Virus record (IMG/VR): IMGVR_UViG_3300021092_000008
Length of the DNA: 64,000 nucleotides
Reading direction: 5' to 3' (one strand)
DNA from: a virus
Every line of letters begins with the position of its first letter. The stretch's first letter is position 1. The notes below the pieces were generated by a model. It saw only the letters and a program-made list of their open reading frames with translations. It ran no database searches and was not told where the DNA came from. The translations under genes and the position numbers were made by a program. Of the stretch, positions 57,001 through 64,000 are shown piece after piece.

Positions 57001-59281
57001 AGATGTAGATATCACTTCTACCTTAACTGTAGTTGGTGAAGTCAATGCTGATAATTTAAGATTAGATGGTAATGTAATTAGCTCGACAAACGCCGATGGT
57101 AATATTACGTTAACTCCTAACGGCACTGGTGTAGTAGAAACTGTAAATAATGTTAACTTTGGTACAGTTTCTGATTTATCTATACTTACTGTAGTTGGCG
57201 AAGTTCAAATTGATGATATCAATATCAACGGCAGTACCATTACAAATACACAAGTTATTAATGGAGATATTACCATTACAGCGAATGGTAATGGTGGTGT
57301 GGTAATTGAAGAAATTAGAATTGTATCAAATGAAATTACTTCCTCAAATACTTTAATTGTCATCGATCCTGGAGTAGTAGGAAATAATAGCGGTGATGTA
57401 CAGATTAGAGGTAATTTAATTGTAGACGGAGTTACAACTACCGTAAACTCATCCACAATTTCTATTGATGATAAAAATATTGAATTAGGTGCCATAGATA
57501 CACCATCAGATCCTGCTGCTAATGGTGGTGGTATTACACTACACGCGACTCAAGATAAGACTATTACTTGGAATGCTTCTAGCAATTATTGGACTACTAA
57601 TGTAGGTCTAGAAGTTCAAGGCGATTTATATGTTGATGGTGGTGCTGTATATCATAATTCATTAACCGATAAATTAACCGTCAACAACTTAGAATTTACT
57701 ACTAATGCTATTAAATCAAATAGTGGTGATCTTAATTTTGATGTAAGTAACTCAACAAACGATTTTGTATTTAATGGTCAGTTAACTGGTTCAAATGCTA
57801 TCGTAGCTAGAACTGTTAATTATACTCAGACATTAGGAATTGATATTCCTACAGGCAGTTTAACAACCATAGGAGATTTAACTTCAAGAAATATAGTTAC
57901 TAGAAATGGATTAATTCTTTCTGGAAATCAACTAATTCAAAATATTTCTTATAATACAAAATCTTTTGGTGTTATCTGTAGATTAAGTACTTTTGATCCT
58001 GATGTTCCTTTAATTAGTAATGGTTCTTATTCCAACATAGTATTATCTGGCGGATCTGGATCTGGTGCTGTAATTTCTGTATTGGTTGAAAGCCAAAATA
58101 TTCTACCAGAAAATATTGCTTTTGTAAGTGGTGGATTTGGTTATTTAATAAATGATTCATTAACTGGTAATATTGGTGGTTATACTATAACTTTCTCAGT
58201 TACTGATGTTTCTGGATCTGGTATTAATATCAAACCATCAACAAATGGTATTGTACAAATTGATACTACTACTGGATTAAGAGTTCCTGTTGGTAATTTC
58301 GCTCAAAGACCAACAACAGAAGCTGTTAGGGGATTAATTAGATTCAATACCGAACAGTGGGGATTTGAAGGTTATGATGGAAACCAATGGGGATCTGTAG
58401 GTGGAGTAAGAGATGTTGATGGTAATACTTATTTAATTGCCGAATCTGCTCCAGCAGCAAATGAAAACATCTTCTATTTCTATAATAATTCTGTAAATTC
58501 TACTAGATTATCTATTTCAAAATTAGAATTTGATACAGTAAGAACTATTTCTACAATATTCAATGCCAGCAAAAAATATGATTTAGTATTCAGTGAATCT
58601 GCTGGTGTGAGCAAGTTAGAATTACAAGGCGATGTTCTTGAATTAACTTCAACAGTATCATCTGGTAATTTGCTAACTGTTAAAAAATCTAGTGGTGTTG
58701 ATCCAGAAATTTTAGAACTAAGAAATACAAATCTATCATTAAATAATGACATTTTAAATATCAATTTTAATAATGCTCCTATTATTTCAACAAACAAAGA
58801 TACTCTAACTTTAAATATTAATGGAACTGATTTTATTAGATTCTCAAATCAAGGATCAGGAACTGCTGCTATTGAAATAGATTATGATGATCAGGGAACA
58901 TTTGAAACGTTTGTAGATAACACAGGCAAATTTGTAAATCTAGATGATTTTACAATTAAAGGTATTTCTGGGGTATCATTTACTCAAGACATTATTATTG
59001 GTACATGTGATACTAACATTTATAGATCTGGTAAAGTATTAGTACAAACTTCTTCTGCCGCTTCGGAATATGAAATAACAGAGCTTACATTTGTTGTAGA
59101 TGATTCCAATAATGTTTATTTCTCCGAAAGTAGTGATGTATTTACTGGACAAAAATTAGTTGAATATTCATTAGGCGTAATAAATGGTGTGCTAAATATT
59201 ACAGTAAATAAAATCCCTGGATATGATGATCCTAATGTTGAATTTACATCAAAATTCACAAGTACTTTAATTAAAAAATAA
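48011..59281 (+). CDS. Giant tail-fibre-like structural protein (3756 aa) with a LamG-like domain and tandem repeats
   Basis: MAVRNVAKTFTLEQQRQ N-terminus; pectin-lyase-like start (WYVTTNG.D...TVKYAL); LamG-like DFTVDFW...WYHVALSR...GYIDEFRLSKG; many NGNITLTPNGTG repeats; GMVRFN...FEGY.G..WGSLGGV modules. Confidence 0.82.
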   Translation: MAVRNVAKTFTLEQQRQQLNLIGADLGDVSTLNTPLPNTLARAINYLDGTVSSYEGTVWYVTTNGVDSVDVDPESPGYRKNPGRTRNVALRTVKYALALASSGDTIHIGPGTFEEIFPLTIPAGVVVKGTAIRSTKIVPTTATRTKDCFLLNGDTGVEDLTIGGMLFDPLLNTGWAFRFAQDSITLERSPYLQRVTVLNKGSVTSATDPYGYDANDAGGGILVDGAVVQYNTLEPAILCNEITLICANAIALKITNGARVEWINCFSYFAEYGILAESGDLGLSGQGRTRLRLSGVTGTISPNDIVKYFDASGNLVASGVIESTAVGNYLILTNKGTGFFANAADRTAKVATLVGSTAISTSQFKFGNASLFFPETTSYLTYASDPDFDLGTGDFTVDFWVRRTASNTQVLYDQRTLAGDTLPVIYISGGVLRYYTAGSDRIVGATTMATNTWYHVALSRKTGVTRLFLNGNLQGSPYTDTNVYPQSTIRIGANYNGTSGLTGYIDEFRLSKGIGRYDTTFTPASFAYANDDFNTLLLHLDGTNNSTIIVDDSVVIQDIRIRNAEDTATVATAARIILADYQQFGAELRSISSAAEFGDYGVKADGTGCKLRLISFNLNFVGSGKDFTADETKAIEGNEIVEANGGDVSYVTIDQRGNVKIGDVFEVDQRQGTLNFGSQAFSVSSLSNITVTDNVDSVVITPTNITVGNLDFTGNTIETTTGDITIAPAGAGSTTIDSNLFVTGTFDITGDISTNADVNFGAISDPSTVTIVGQLNADNLRIDGNTLSSTNTNGNITLSANGTGVIETVNDVNLGTSGDSSTLTVVGQFNADNLRIDGNTLSSTNTNGDIILDANGTGDVVLTGGASQDFIINDGTTPTPVNKFVVNSTTGDVTTEGDITIKGGDITVSAVATNVAIIDNNASSFTIKEGTNSYVTLNTTNGGESITLHKNTNIGGNLIVDGDITFRAGQGSNGSITLGDVSTDSIAFNAQVSSNVLPLTSNTYDFGNTTFRWKDIWTQSNLYAANLRINTNTLSSTDTNGNIIFDPNGTGSVVITGGASQNFEINDGATTKFSVASTTGNTVSEGNLTVKGGTVTVSAVATNVAIIDNNAASFTIKEGANSYVTLNTTDGSESITLHKNTTVNGNLTVDGDITFRAGSGSAGTITLGDINTDNIVFNADINSSFIPDTNGTYDLGSTSQKWRTVYAGTGGYFANLLLDTNVISSTNADGNITVDPNGTGDFIFKGGTSQDFLINDGAGTPVTKFSVASTTGDVVAEGDLTVKGGDITVSAVATNVAIIDNNAASFTIKEGTNSYVTLNTTDTTESITLHKDTTFSTNVTITSNLTVNGNTTIGDSAINDTVTVTARVASDFVPSTTGTRDFGTSSLRWKDLYLSRGAYIGNLNVDVDDNTISSTNTNGNIIFDPNGTGNLQFTGGASQSFVINDGSVNKFSVVSTSGDTTTEGNLTVKGGTITVSNAATNIAIIDNNANALTIKEGTNSYITLASTDGAELITLHRNVSASGTVTVTGNTTLNGSVILGDAAADTLAVNAQITTSVNPNSSAAFDLGTSSLKWRDLQLSQKAYIGNVGITANTIGTENANGDLTIDPNGTGDFIFRGGTSQDFLINDGAATPATKFSVATTSGDIVTEGDLTVKGGDITVSAVATNVSIIDNSASAFTISEASNPYITLATTNGSESITLHKNTTVNGNLTVDGDITFRAGSSTPGTITLGDLNTDNIVFNADINSSFIPDTTGTYDLGSTSQKWRDIYISQKAYVGNLGLSVNTISSEDTDGNILLAPNGNGYVEVIGTNAFILPLGSTEEQPTGIAGMVRFNSTGTYFEGYNGTAWGSLGGVRSVDNQTFILPEKNPGEANNTLEFHTGGVSRLTLGRTLPTDPASALSMELSSTIPTFRINATTQSTSITTGALVIAGGVGIEKDLFIGGNINVAGTTLFTGTTTNTGTTNFGILNATTTADSVGETITSTGTVGTDFLLATTISTVAVGHRITFAGNFYADVTAITPGYIATVNTSSADPTRTAGTYTVGPVSGSLAGTVASFSITIDENGAASNVTIIDGGAGFAVAETITIPASDIGGTGDDLTLTVASINVKITAGSNWGTTLTGAFFIYDPLKITVTSAVGISAGQDVITFLSTNIASGTTVDSITATTITLSQNVSSPLSSTEVVFANIGDVILTGTFTADYIRLYGNVLSTTRVNTDLILKPNGIGKVTTTNDVNFGIASDESILTIIGQTNLDNIRIDGNVISSSDTNGNITLTPNGTGVVETVNDVNIGRPFNIFTEVPADEAILTVIGQTNIDNIRIDGNTISVTDYNGNLVLSPSGDGFVQTLSDVFFGVSGNESKLTIVGELVVDTFSLNGSTLSTSGNLTIQGGPTHTVTIQTPTQVNKNTTFGNTTTPLDVTVTVNGDLQVDNININGNTISTTNDNADLIITGNGTGGAYIEQIRIVDNIISTPTNTTLILDPKVVGDETGDVIVNANLAVLGTTSLESVSVEQTQSGNIKIENNNIIATNTNGSIILEANGAGTIQTINDVNFGTIGDLSTFTVVGETQIDNININGNTITSTNSGGLILETLSITNNVLGSSIVNSNIVITPNGAGKTVTSKDVDITATLTVVGQLNADNLRLDGNVISSTNTNGNITLTPNGSGVVETVNDVNFGTLADFSTLTVKGQFNIDNVRIDDSTISSIDTTGVIVETLKVTGNVLSSIGSNASIVLTPNGAGKVTTVNDVDFGTSTDLSTLTVLGQFNIDNIRVDGNVISSTNTNGNITLTPDGTGVVETVNDVNIGRLEDLSTLTVLGQFNIDNIRVDASTISSIDTTGVIVETLQITGNTLSSVATNGDINITPDGTGRIVTTKQVNITNTLNVVGQFNIDNIRVDGNVISSTNTDGNITLTPNGFGVVETVNDVNFGTVADNSTLTIVGQFNADNIRIDTSTISSIDTTGVIVETLKITGNILSSIDGNADIVLTPNGSGKTTTSKDVDITSTLTVVGEVNADNLRLDGNVISSTNADGNITLTPNGTGVVETVNNVNFGTVSDLSILTVVGEVQIDDININGSTITNTQVINGDITITANGNGGVVIEEIRIVSNEITSSNTLIVIDPGVVGNNSGDVQIRGNLIVDGVTTTVNSSTISIDDKNIELGAIDTPSDPAANGGGITLHATQDKTITWNASSNYWTTNVGLEVQGDLYVDGGAVYHNSLTDKLTVNNLEFTTNAIKSNSGDLNFDVSNSTNDFVFNGQLTGSNAIVARTVNYTQTLGIDIPTGSLTTIGDLTSRNIVTRNGLILSGNQLIQNISYNTKSFGVICRLSTFDPDVPLISNGSYSNIVLSGGSGSGAVISVLVESQNILPENIAFVSGGFGYLINDSLTGNIGGYTITFSVTDVSGSGINIKPSTNGIVQIDTTTGLRVPVGNFAQRPTTEAVRGLIRFNTEQWGFEGYDGNQWGSVGGVRDVDGNTYLIAESAPAANENIFYFYNNSVNSTRLSISKLEFDTVRTISTIFNASKKYDLVFSESAGVSKLELQGDVLELTSTVSSGNLLTVKKSSGVDPEILELRNTNLSLNNDILNINFNNAPIISTNKDTLTLNINGTDFIRFSNQGSGTAAIEIDYDDQGTFETFVDNTGKFVNLDDFTIKGISGVSFTQDIIIGTCDTNIYRSGKVLVQTSSAASEYEITELTFVVDDSNNVYFSESSDVFTGQKLVEYSLGVINGVLNITVNKIPGYDDPNVEFTSKFTSTLIKK
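50270..57300 (+). repeat. Intragenic repeats in the fibre gene
   Basis: About five units of roughly 190 aa (50.5-53.4 kb) and a dozen or more units of roughly 45-55 aa (VNDVNFG..DLSTLTVVGQFN.DN.R.DGNVISSTNTNGNITLTPNG.GVVET), mostly 54.6-57.3 kb. Confidence 0.85.
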
Positions 59282-59283
59282 TA

Positions 59284-59847
59284 ATGTCTAAGCAAAATTT
59301 TATTGCTGGTAAAGGATTCAGTGTAGAAGATAATGATGGTGTAGTAACTTCTTTTATAGAAGTAGCTTCTGGTCATAATATTGAACTAAAAAACTTAACG
59401 ACGCTTAATCAAAATCATACTTTTTTGGGTGACCTGTCCCAAAAAAATGATTATATTTTAGTTGCTAGAACTACTTTTAATCAGGCTACTCAAACTTTTA
59501 CATTGGGTGATTATACACAGACATTAGGTGTTTATCCACAACTTCCCAATAACTCGTTGAACATAATAAAAAGTAGTATTGTTGCTACAAATGCTTCCGA
59601 TAGTTCTTACAGACTATCTTTAAATTATGATCTGTCTGTTTTATGTACTAATAATACTATTACACAAATTAGTGATATTGAAACATCTTTTGCCGAAGAT
59701 TTTCCAACAGGATTTATTTGGTCTGTAGTACCATATATACAAAATAGATTTTTATCATTTACTGCTACTGGTAATCCAGGAACTGCTAATCAGCAAGTTT
59801 TGTGGATGTGTTATCTACAAATCATCTCATCAACATTTTTAACATAA
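59284..59847 (+). CDS. Hypothetical virion-associated protein
   Basis: In the structural operon; MSKQNFIAGKGFSVED. Confidence 0.7.
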   Translation: MSKQNFIAGKGFSVEDNDGVVTSFIEVASGHNIELKNLTTLNQNHTFLGDLSQKNDYILVARTTFNQATQTFTLGDYTQTLGVYPQLPNNSLNIIKSSIVATNASDSSYRLSLNYDLSVLCTNNTITQISDIETSFAEDFPTGFIWSVVPYIQNRFLSFTATGNPGTANQQVLWMCYLQIISSTFLT

Positions 59848-59903
59848 ATACCTTTATATAAAAGGTTTTTCACTTTTAACAGCAAATACGGGGCTATTGA
59901 AAA

Positions 59904-62900
59904 ATGAGCTTAAAGTTCAATCCTAACAAGCAAATTATTGAATCAACTGAGCTTAATATAAACGGTAAATCTTTCGTAACTATAAGTTCGGGAGAAGGAC
60001 TTGAAAGTAAGGAAATTATTAGAGTAGTTAGAAAAAATGGTGCTTCTAGAGTAGGTCTTAATAGGACTGGCGAAAGGATAGCAAAAGTAAATATTACTAA
60101 TCCTGGAGTTGGATATTTAATTACTCCAACTATTACAGTATCACAACCAGATATTATTAGCCGAAATTCAAAAGTAGCTGTTCTAAGTGCTGTAAGAGAT
60201 CCAGATACTGGAAGTATTATTTCAGTTATTATTACAGATCCTGGTAGAGGATATTCTCAACCACCAACAATAGTATTTGCAGAAGCTCCTTTAGGTGGAG
60301 TTACCGCTCAGGGTACGTGTGAATTAGACACTATTGACTTTGAATTAGATGTTCTTGGTGCTATTAGAACATCTGCTTCTATTGTTAGCGATAGTGCTAC
60401 GGTTACTAATTTAAACGTACAAAATTTTGTAACTCCTGGTATTTTACTTAGAGCTCCACGTCTAGGTTCATACACAAATTTAACAAATGCGAATCTACCT
60501 TTTTACGGTCAAACTGTTTATCCAGAGTTAACTGCTACTCCTCCTCTACAAGATCAAAGTAGAAGAATTGCCACCACAGAATTTGTTTACAATGTTGCCA
60601 CAAATGACGTAGGTGGTCGTATCTATGTTTCTTCTGAAATTGGTAGTGATACAAATAATGGTAGATCTCCTGCCAAACCAGTTAGGACAATCAAAAAAGC
60701 TGCTCAATTAGCAGCTGCTACTCCAAGTAGAGAAACTTTAATTGTTGCTGGTGGCGAATATTACGAAGATAACCCAATTTCAATTCCACCATTGTGTTCG
60801 GTTATTGGTGATAACTTACGTTTAGTAATCGTTAGACCAGTAAATCCAGGGCGCCATATGTTCAAGGCGTCCAACCAAAACTATATGAATGGTCTTACCT
60901 TCCGTGATGCTTTGGATTCGGAAGGTAACCCAGTATATACTCATAACTTTGCTTTTGTATTTGATGATAAGCAAAGATTTTACTTTGATGATGAGATTGG
61001 TGGAAATGATACTAGAATTGATGGGACAGAATCTTTCAGAAGAAGGTTCCCAATCGGTCACAAAATGTTCGGGCAAAAAAGTGCCATTCTTAACATTAAA
61101 GAACATACTGGTGACGTTGCTAAATTAAATGCTTTAATTACAGCAGGAACTAATATTGTTGGGCAACAAACGTCGTGTTCAGCAACTTTAACGTCTATTA
61201 TTTCTGCTACTCCTGCTCCTGATTATGTGTGGGAAGCTGAGCAAGAATATTTAGTTGGGGATATTGTAAGAGTAAGCAATTCAATTTATAAAGTAACCAC
61301 CTCAGGAAGTAGTGGAACTATTGCTTATAGTGGTGTATTAGCTACACCAAAAAATGCTGTAAACGGATCATCTGCATATATCTATTTGGGTGATAGAAGA
61401 GAAGCATCTTTAAATATTACAGTAAATGATAATTCTCCATCACAGTCTTTTGCTGATGATGAAGTTATTTCATACGTAATAAATTCTGTTACTTATCTAG
61501 CTAACGTAGCATTATTTAAATCAACTAGAGCAGAAGGTGAAGTTGTAAAATATGGCGAGACAGAATTAAGAGAATACATTGTAGAAGAAATTGATGCTAG
61601 TAAATGGTCTACTCACCCAACGCCAGGTGATAATGGTCAATTAACTCCTGGTAGTGGTGGTATAATTTTTAAATTTGCTGGTCTTCATGAATTTAAAGAA
61701 TTCGATATTGTTTTTATATCAAAACCAAATAATGCCCCAGTTGCTTTAAATTCATTCTTTGGTTTTCAAAGAGTTGATCAAGTTTTATATGATGCTGACG
61801 GTTTTTCTAGAAGAATTGTCGTTAAGAAACAAATTCAACCAAGTTACACCTCAGTATATTTACCACCAATTGGACAGTGTAAAGCAAAAGCAAAAACAAA
61901 GTATGTCGAGATTTCGCTATTAAACTCTCCATATGGATTTACTGATTCTACATTTACATCATATAGATTTATAGATGCTGTAACATTTATTAGAAATAAT
62001 AGAGATTTTATCGCTGAAGAAATTACTGGAGCAATTAGTTCTCGTTATCCAGATTTTGTCTATCCTGGTACAAATGCTAGTAGATTAAGATTTAAAGATG
62101 CTAGAAATTTAATCTACAAAAATTTAGATTTTATTGCCGATGAAGCTATTGGATGGTTGTGGAATGAATCAAACTTTGCTACTTGGGGAGCAGCAAACTT
62201 AGCATTAAAAAGTAAATGCCGTAGAGATGTCAAGATCTTTTTAAGAGGTCTGGCAAATGATTTATATGACGGATCAAATAAGAGTACAATTGTTGTAACC
62301 AGATCTTATTTTAATGCCATTACTGGAGTGCCAATTCCTAATGGTCTTGTTGGTGTTGAACCTCAATCTATTGCTGTTTTCACCAAAGCTGCTGAATATG
62401 CAAAATTAGCTGTTAACAATTCATTGCCTATAACTCCAACTTATTCGCCGTTAAAAGCATATAGAGATCTTTCAATAACTCATGATCCAACAACATACTT
62501 AACTGTTGGGGAAAATAATTGTGCTAACGTTAAAACCGCTATTACTACTTTAACAACCATTTTAACTAGTGCTATTAGTGCTGGCAATTTGACTGGATTA
62601 CCACCAGTTAGTTCTGACGATGGTGCTTCAGATGGAGAAAATCTTTGTAAGAGAGATCTTAAACATATTTTAAATGCTGTTATTGCCGATCTCCCATATG
62701 GTGGCAACGCTACTTCAATCGAAGCGGCAAAATCATATAGAAATAATTCTACTCAATCAGTTGAATATATTGATAACCAGCATAGACAATCTCGTTTTGC
62801 TTTCCAATTAGCAAGAGATTATGCTATTCTTGCCATGAGAAATTGGCAAACAAAAATTAGTCTGAAGTTTAAAAAAGATAGTGATATTGTTGAAGTTGTT

Positions 62901-64000
62901 TCAGCAGCAGGAACAATTGGTCTTGTTCCCAAAATGAGATTATATTCTTATAATAATCTAGAACAACAAGTAGAAACAGATTACTTCATTAAAGAAGTTG
63001 TATCTCCAACTCAAATAAGAATCTGGAAATTTAATACAGGTCTTTCTGGAGCAGATCACACTTTTGCTGATGGTGAAATAACAGGCTTTAAAACAAGAAA
63101 TATTAATTTAAAACTTAGTGAAGGTGAAACATCATTTACACCAATTTGGACAGATGATTTAGTTCCAAGAACTACCAACTATCCAGAATTTCCAGAATGT
63201 ACTAACGTTGCTGTTACATTAACAAACTTATTTACTTTAATTGATGATATTGTAGTAAACAATACGGATGATCGTTACTTTGACGCTACAAATCAGATAG
63301 AATTTAATAAAGATTTTATTGCTGAGGAAGTTAATGGTTGGTTAAAAGAGACATATGATGGATTTGCTTATCCATTACCAACTTTTACCAAAACAGTTAT
63401 TGATACTTCAAACGCTGATGCTTATCCATCTTTTATTCAAATAACTAATACTGCAAAAGTAAAGGTAGGGCAATTAGTAACTAGCGGTGACGCTATTCAA
63501 GATAATACATACATTACTTCTATTGATGTAGAAAATAAAATTTTATATCTAAGTAAATCATTAGAAAGTGAGATGGATAGTGTTACTATTCATCCTGATG
63601 TATATCTTGATGAGTCGATGAGATATAAGGACGCTTCTAACCTTATTCTCAAAAACAAAAACGAAATTACTGACAAAGCACTTGCTCAGATTGCTGTAGA
63701 ATTTCCAGACTTCGTTTTCCCTGGAAATTCAGTTACTGACGAATTCAGTAGATTTGCTGATGGATACCGTTTAATTACTCAAAATATCAAAGAAATTGTT
63801 GATCGTTCTTCAGCAGAAGTTGCTGTACAACATCCAGATTTTTATTTCCCTGCCGATGCTCAAACTACAAAGAGATCAAGATTTAAAGATGCTTATCGAT
63901 TAATCCAATTAAACAAACAGGAAATTATTGATACTGCTTATGCTACTATGGAAGCAAATGGTCTTCCATCCCCAGCTCCAACTGATCTAGAATCTAAGTG
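59904..64000 (+). CDS. Giant virion structural / fibre protein, 3'-truncated (>1360 aa, absent from ORF track)
   Basis: ATG at 59904 (MSLKFNPNKQIIES...). RIATTEFV; IYVSSEIGSDTNNGRSPAKPVRTIKKA; repeated DA..LI..N..FIA.E and KC.RD motifs. The frame appears open to the window end. ATAAATA at 59844. Confidence 0.8.
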   Translation, partial: MSLKFNPNKQIIESTELNINGKSFVTISSGEGLESKEIIRVVRKNGASRVGLNRTGERIAKVNITNPGVGYLITPTITVSQPDIISRNSKVAVLSAVRDPDTGSIISVIITDPGRGYSQPPTIVFAEAPLGGVTAQGTCELDTIDFELDVLGAIRTSASIVSDSATVTNLNVQNFVTPGILLRAPRLGSYTNLTNANLPFYGQTVYPELTATPPLQDQSRRIATTEFVYNVATNDVGGRIYVSSEIGSDTNNGRSPAKPVRTIKKAAQLAAATPSRETLIVAGGEYYEDNPISIPPLCSVIGDNLRLVIVRPVNPGRHMFKASNQNYMNGLTFRDALDSEGNPVYTHNFAFVFDDKQRFYFDDEIGGNDTRIDGTESFRRRFPIGHKMFGQKSAILNIKEHTGDVAKLNALITAGTNIVGQQTSCSATLTSIISATPAPDYVWEAEQEYLVGDIVRVSNSIYKVTTSGSSGTIAYSGVLATPKNAVNGSSAYIYLGDRREASLNITVNDNSPSQSFADDEVISYVINSVTYLANVALFKSTRAEGEVVKYGETELREYIVEEIDASKWSTHPTPGDNGQLTPGSGGIIFKFAGLHEFKEFDIVFISKPNNAPVALNSFFGFQRVDQVLYDADGFSRRIVVKKQIQPSYTSVYLPPIGQCKAKAKTKYVEISLLNSPYGFTDSTFTSYRFIDAVTFIRNNRDFIAEEITGAISSRYPDFVYPGTNASRLRFKDARNLIYKNLDFIADEAIGWLWNESNFATWGAANLALKSKCRRDVKIFLRGLANDLYDGSNKSTIVVTRSYFNAITGVPIPNGLVGVEPQSIAVFTKAAEYAKLAVNNSLPITPTYSPLKAYRDLSITHDPTTYLTVGENNCANVKTAITTLTTILTSAISAGNLTGLPPVSSDDGASDGENLCKRDLKHILNAVIADLPYGGNATSIEAAKSYRNNSTQSVEYIDNQHRQSRFAFQLARDYAILAMRNWQTKISLKFKKDSDIVEVVSAAGTIGLVPKMRLYSYNNLEQQVETDYFIKEVVSPTQIRIWKFNTGLSGADHTFADGEITGFKTRNINLKLSEGETSFTPIWTDDLVPRTTNYPEFPECTNVAVTLTNLFTLIDDIVVNNTDDRYFDATNQIEFNKDFIAEEVNGWLKETYDGFAYPLPTFTKTVIDTSNADAYPSFIQITNTAKVKVGQLVTSGDAIQDNTYITSIDVENKILYLSKSLESEMDSVTIHPDVYLDESMRYKDASNLILKNKNEITDKALAQIAVEFPDFVFPGNSVTDEFSRFADGYRLITQNIKEIVDRSSAEVAVQHPDFYFPADAQTTKRSRFKDAYRLIQLNKQEIIDTAYATMEANGLPSPAPTDLESK

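Noticed and set aside
48011-59281. Diversity-generating retroelement template/variable repeat pair in the fibre gene
   Set aside because: Both copies are in-frame coding repeats, the differences are not adenine-specific, and there is no reverse transcriptase in the window.
27525-62707. Many minus-strand and short out-of-frame ORFs within the structural genes (e.g. 55384-55980, 56668-57126, 60889-61128)
   Set aside because: They lie wholly inside long, well-supported + strand genes and are expected shadows of biased codon usage.
1-64000. tRNA/rRNA genes, photosynthesis genes, introns or inteins
   Set aside because: I recognised no cloverleaf/T-loop motifs, psbA/hli-type proteins or splicing motifs by eye. 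tRNAscan-SE and Infernal would be needed to exclude them formally.

Overview
A 64-kb segment of a T4-like cyanophage (cyanomyovirus) genome, with essentially all genes on the + strand. (1) 1-2.6 kb: 5'-truncated SF2 helicase, HNH endonuclease and Dam-type adenine methyltransferase, with overlapping reading frames. (2) 2.7-20.3 kb: dense small hypothetical ORFs, a DenV-like pyrimidine-dimer glycosylase, an AbrB-domain protein and six 2OG-Fe(II) oxygenases. Three of the oxygenases are interleaved with a Gly/Pro-rich fibre-like gene in a cassette that has late-promoter-like sites (10.8-15.1 kb). (3) 20.26-20.65 kb: non-coding origin-like locus with four tandem DnaA-box-like 9-mers, an AT-rich tract, divergent promoters and hairpins. 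(4) 15.5-25.3 kb: about 15 promoter modules, each with a degenerate 22-bp palindrome, usually 30-31 bp upstream of a -10 box, most followed by a C/A-rich leader without a Shine-Dalgarno site and one or two tiny ORFs. GC content rises sharply from about 23.1 to 25.3 kb. (5) 25.4-64 kb: late baseplate and tail genes (PAAR-like, gp25, gp6, gp7, gp8, VrlC-like, a 3756-aa repeat fibre, and a giant ORF running off the end). I saw no tRNA, rRNA, CRISPR array or transposase. All calls come from reading motifs by eye; no database searches were run.
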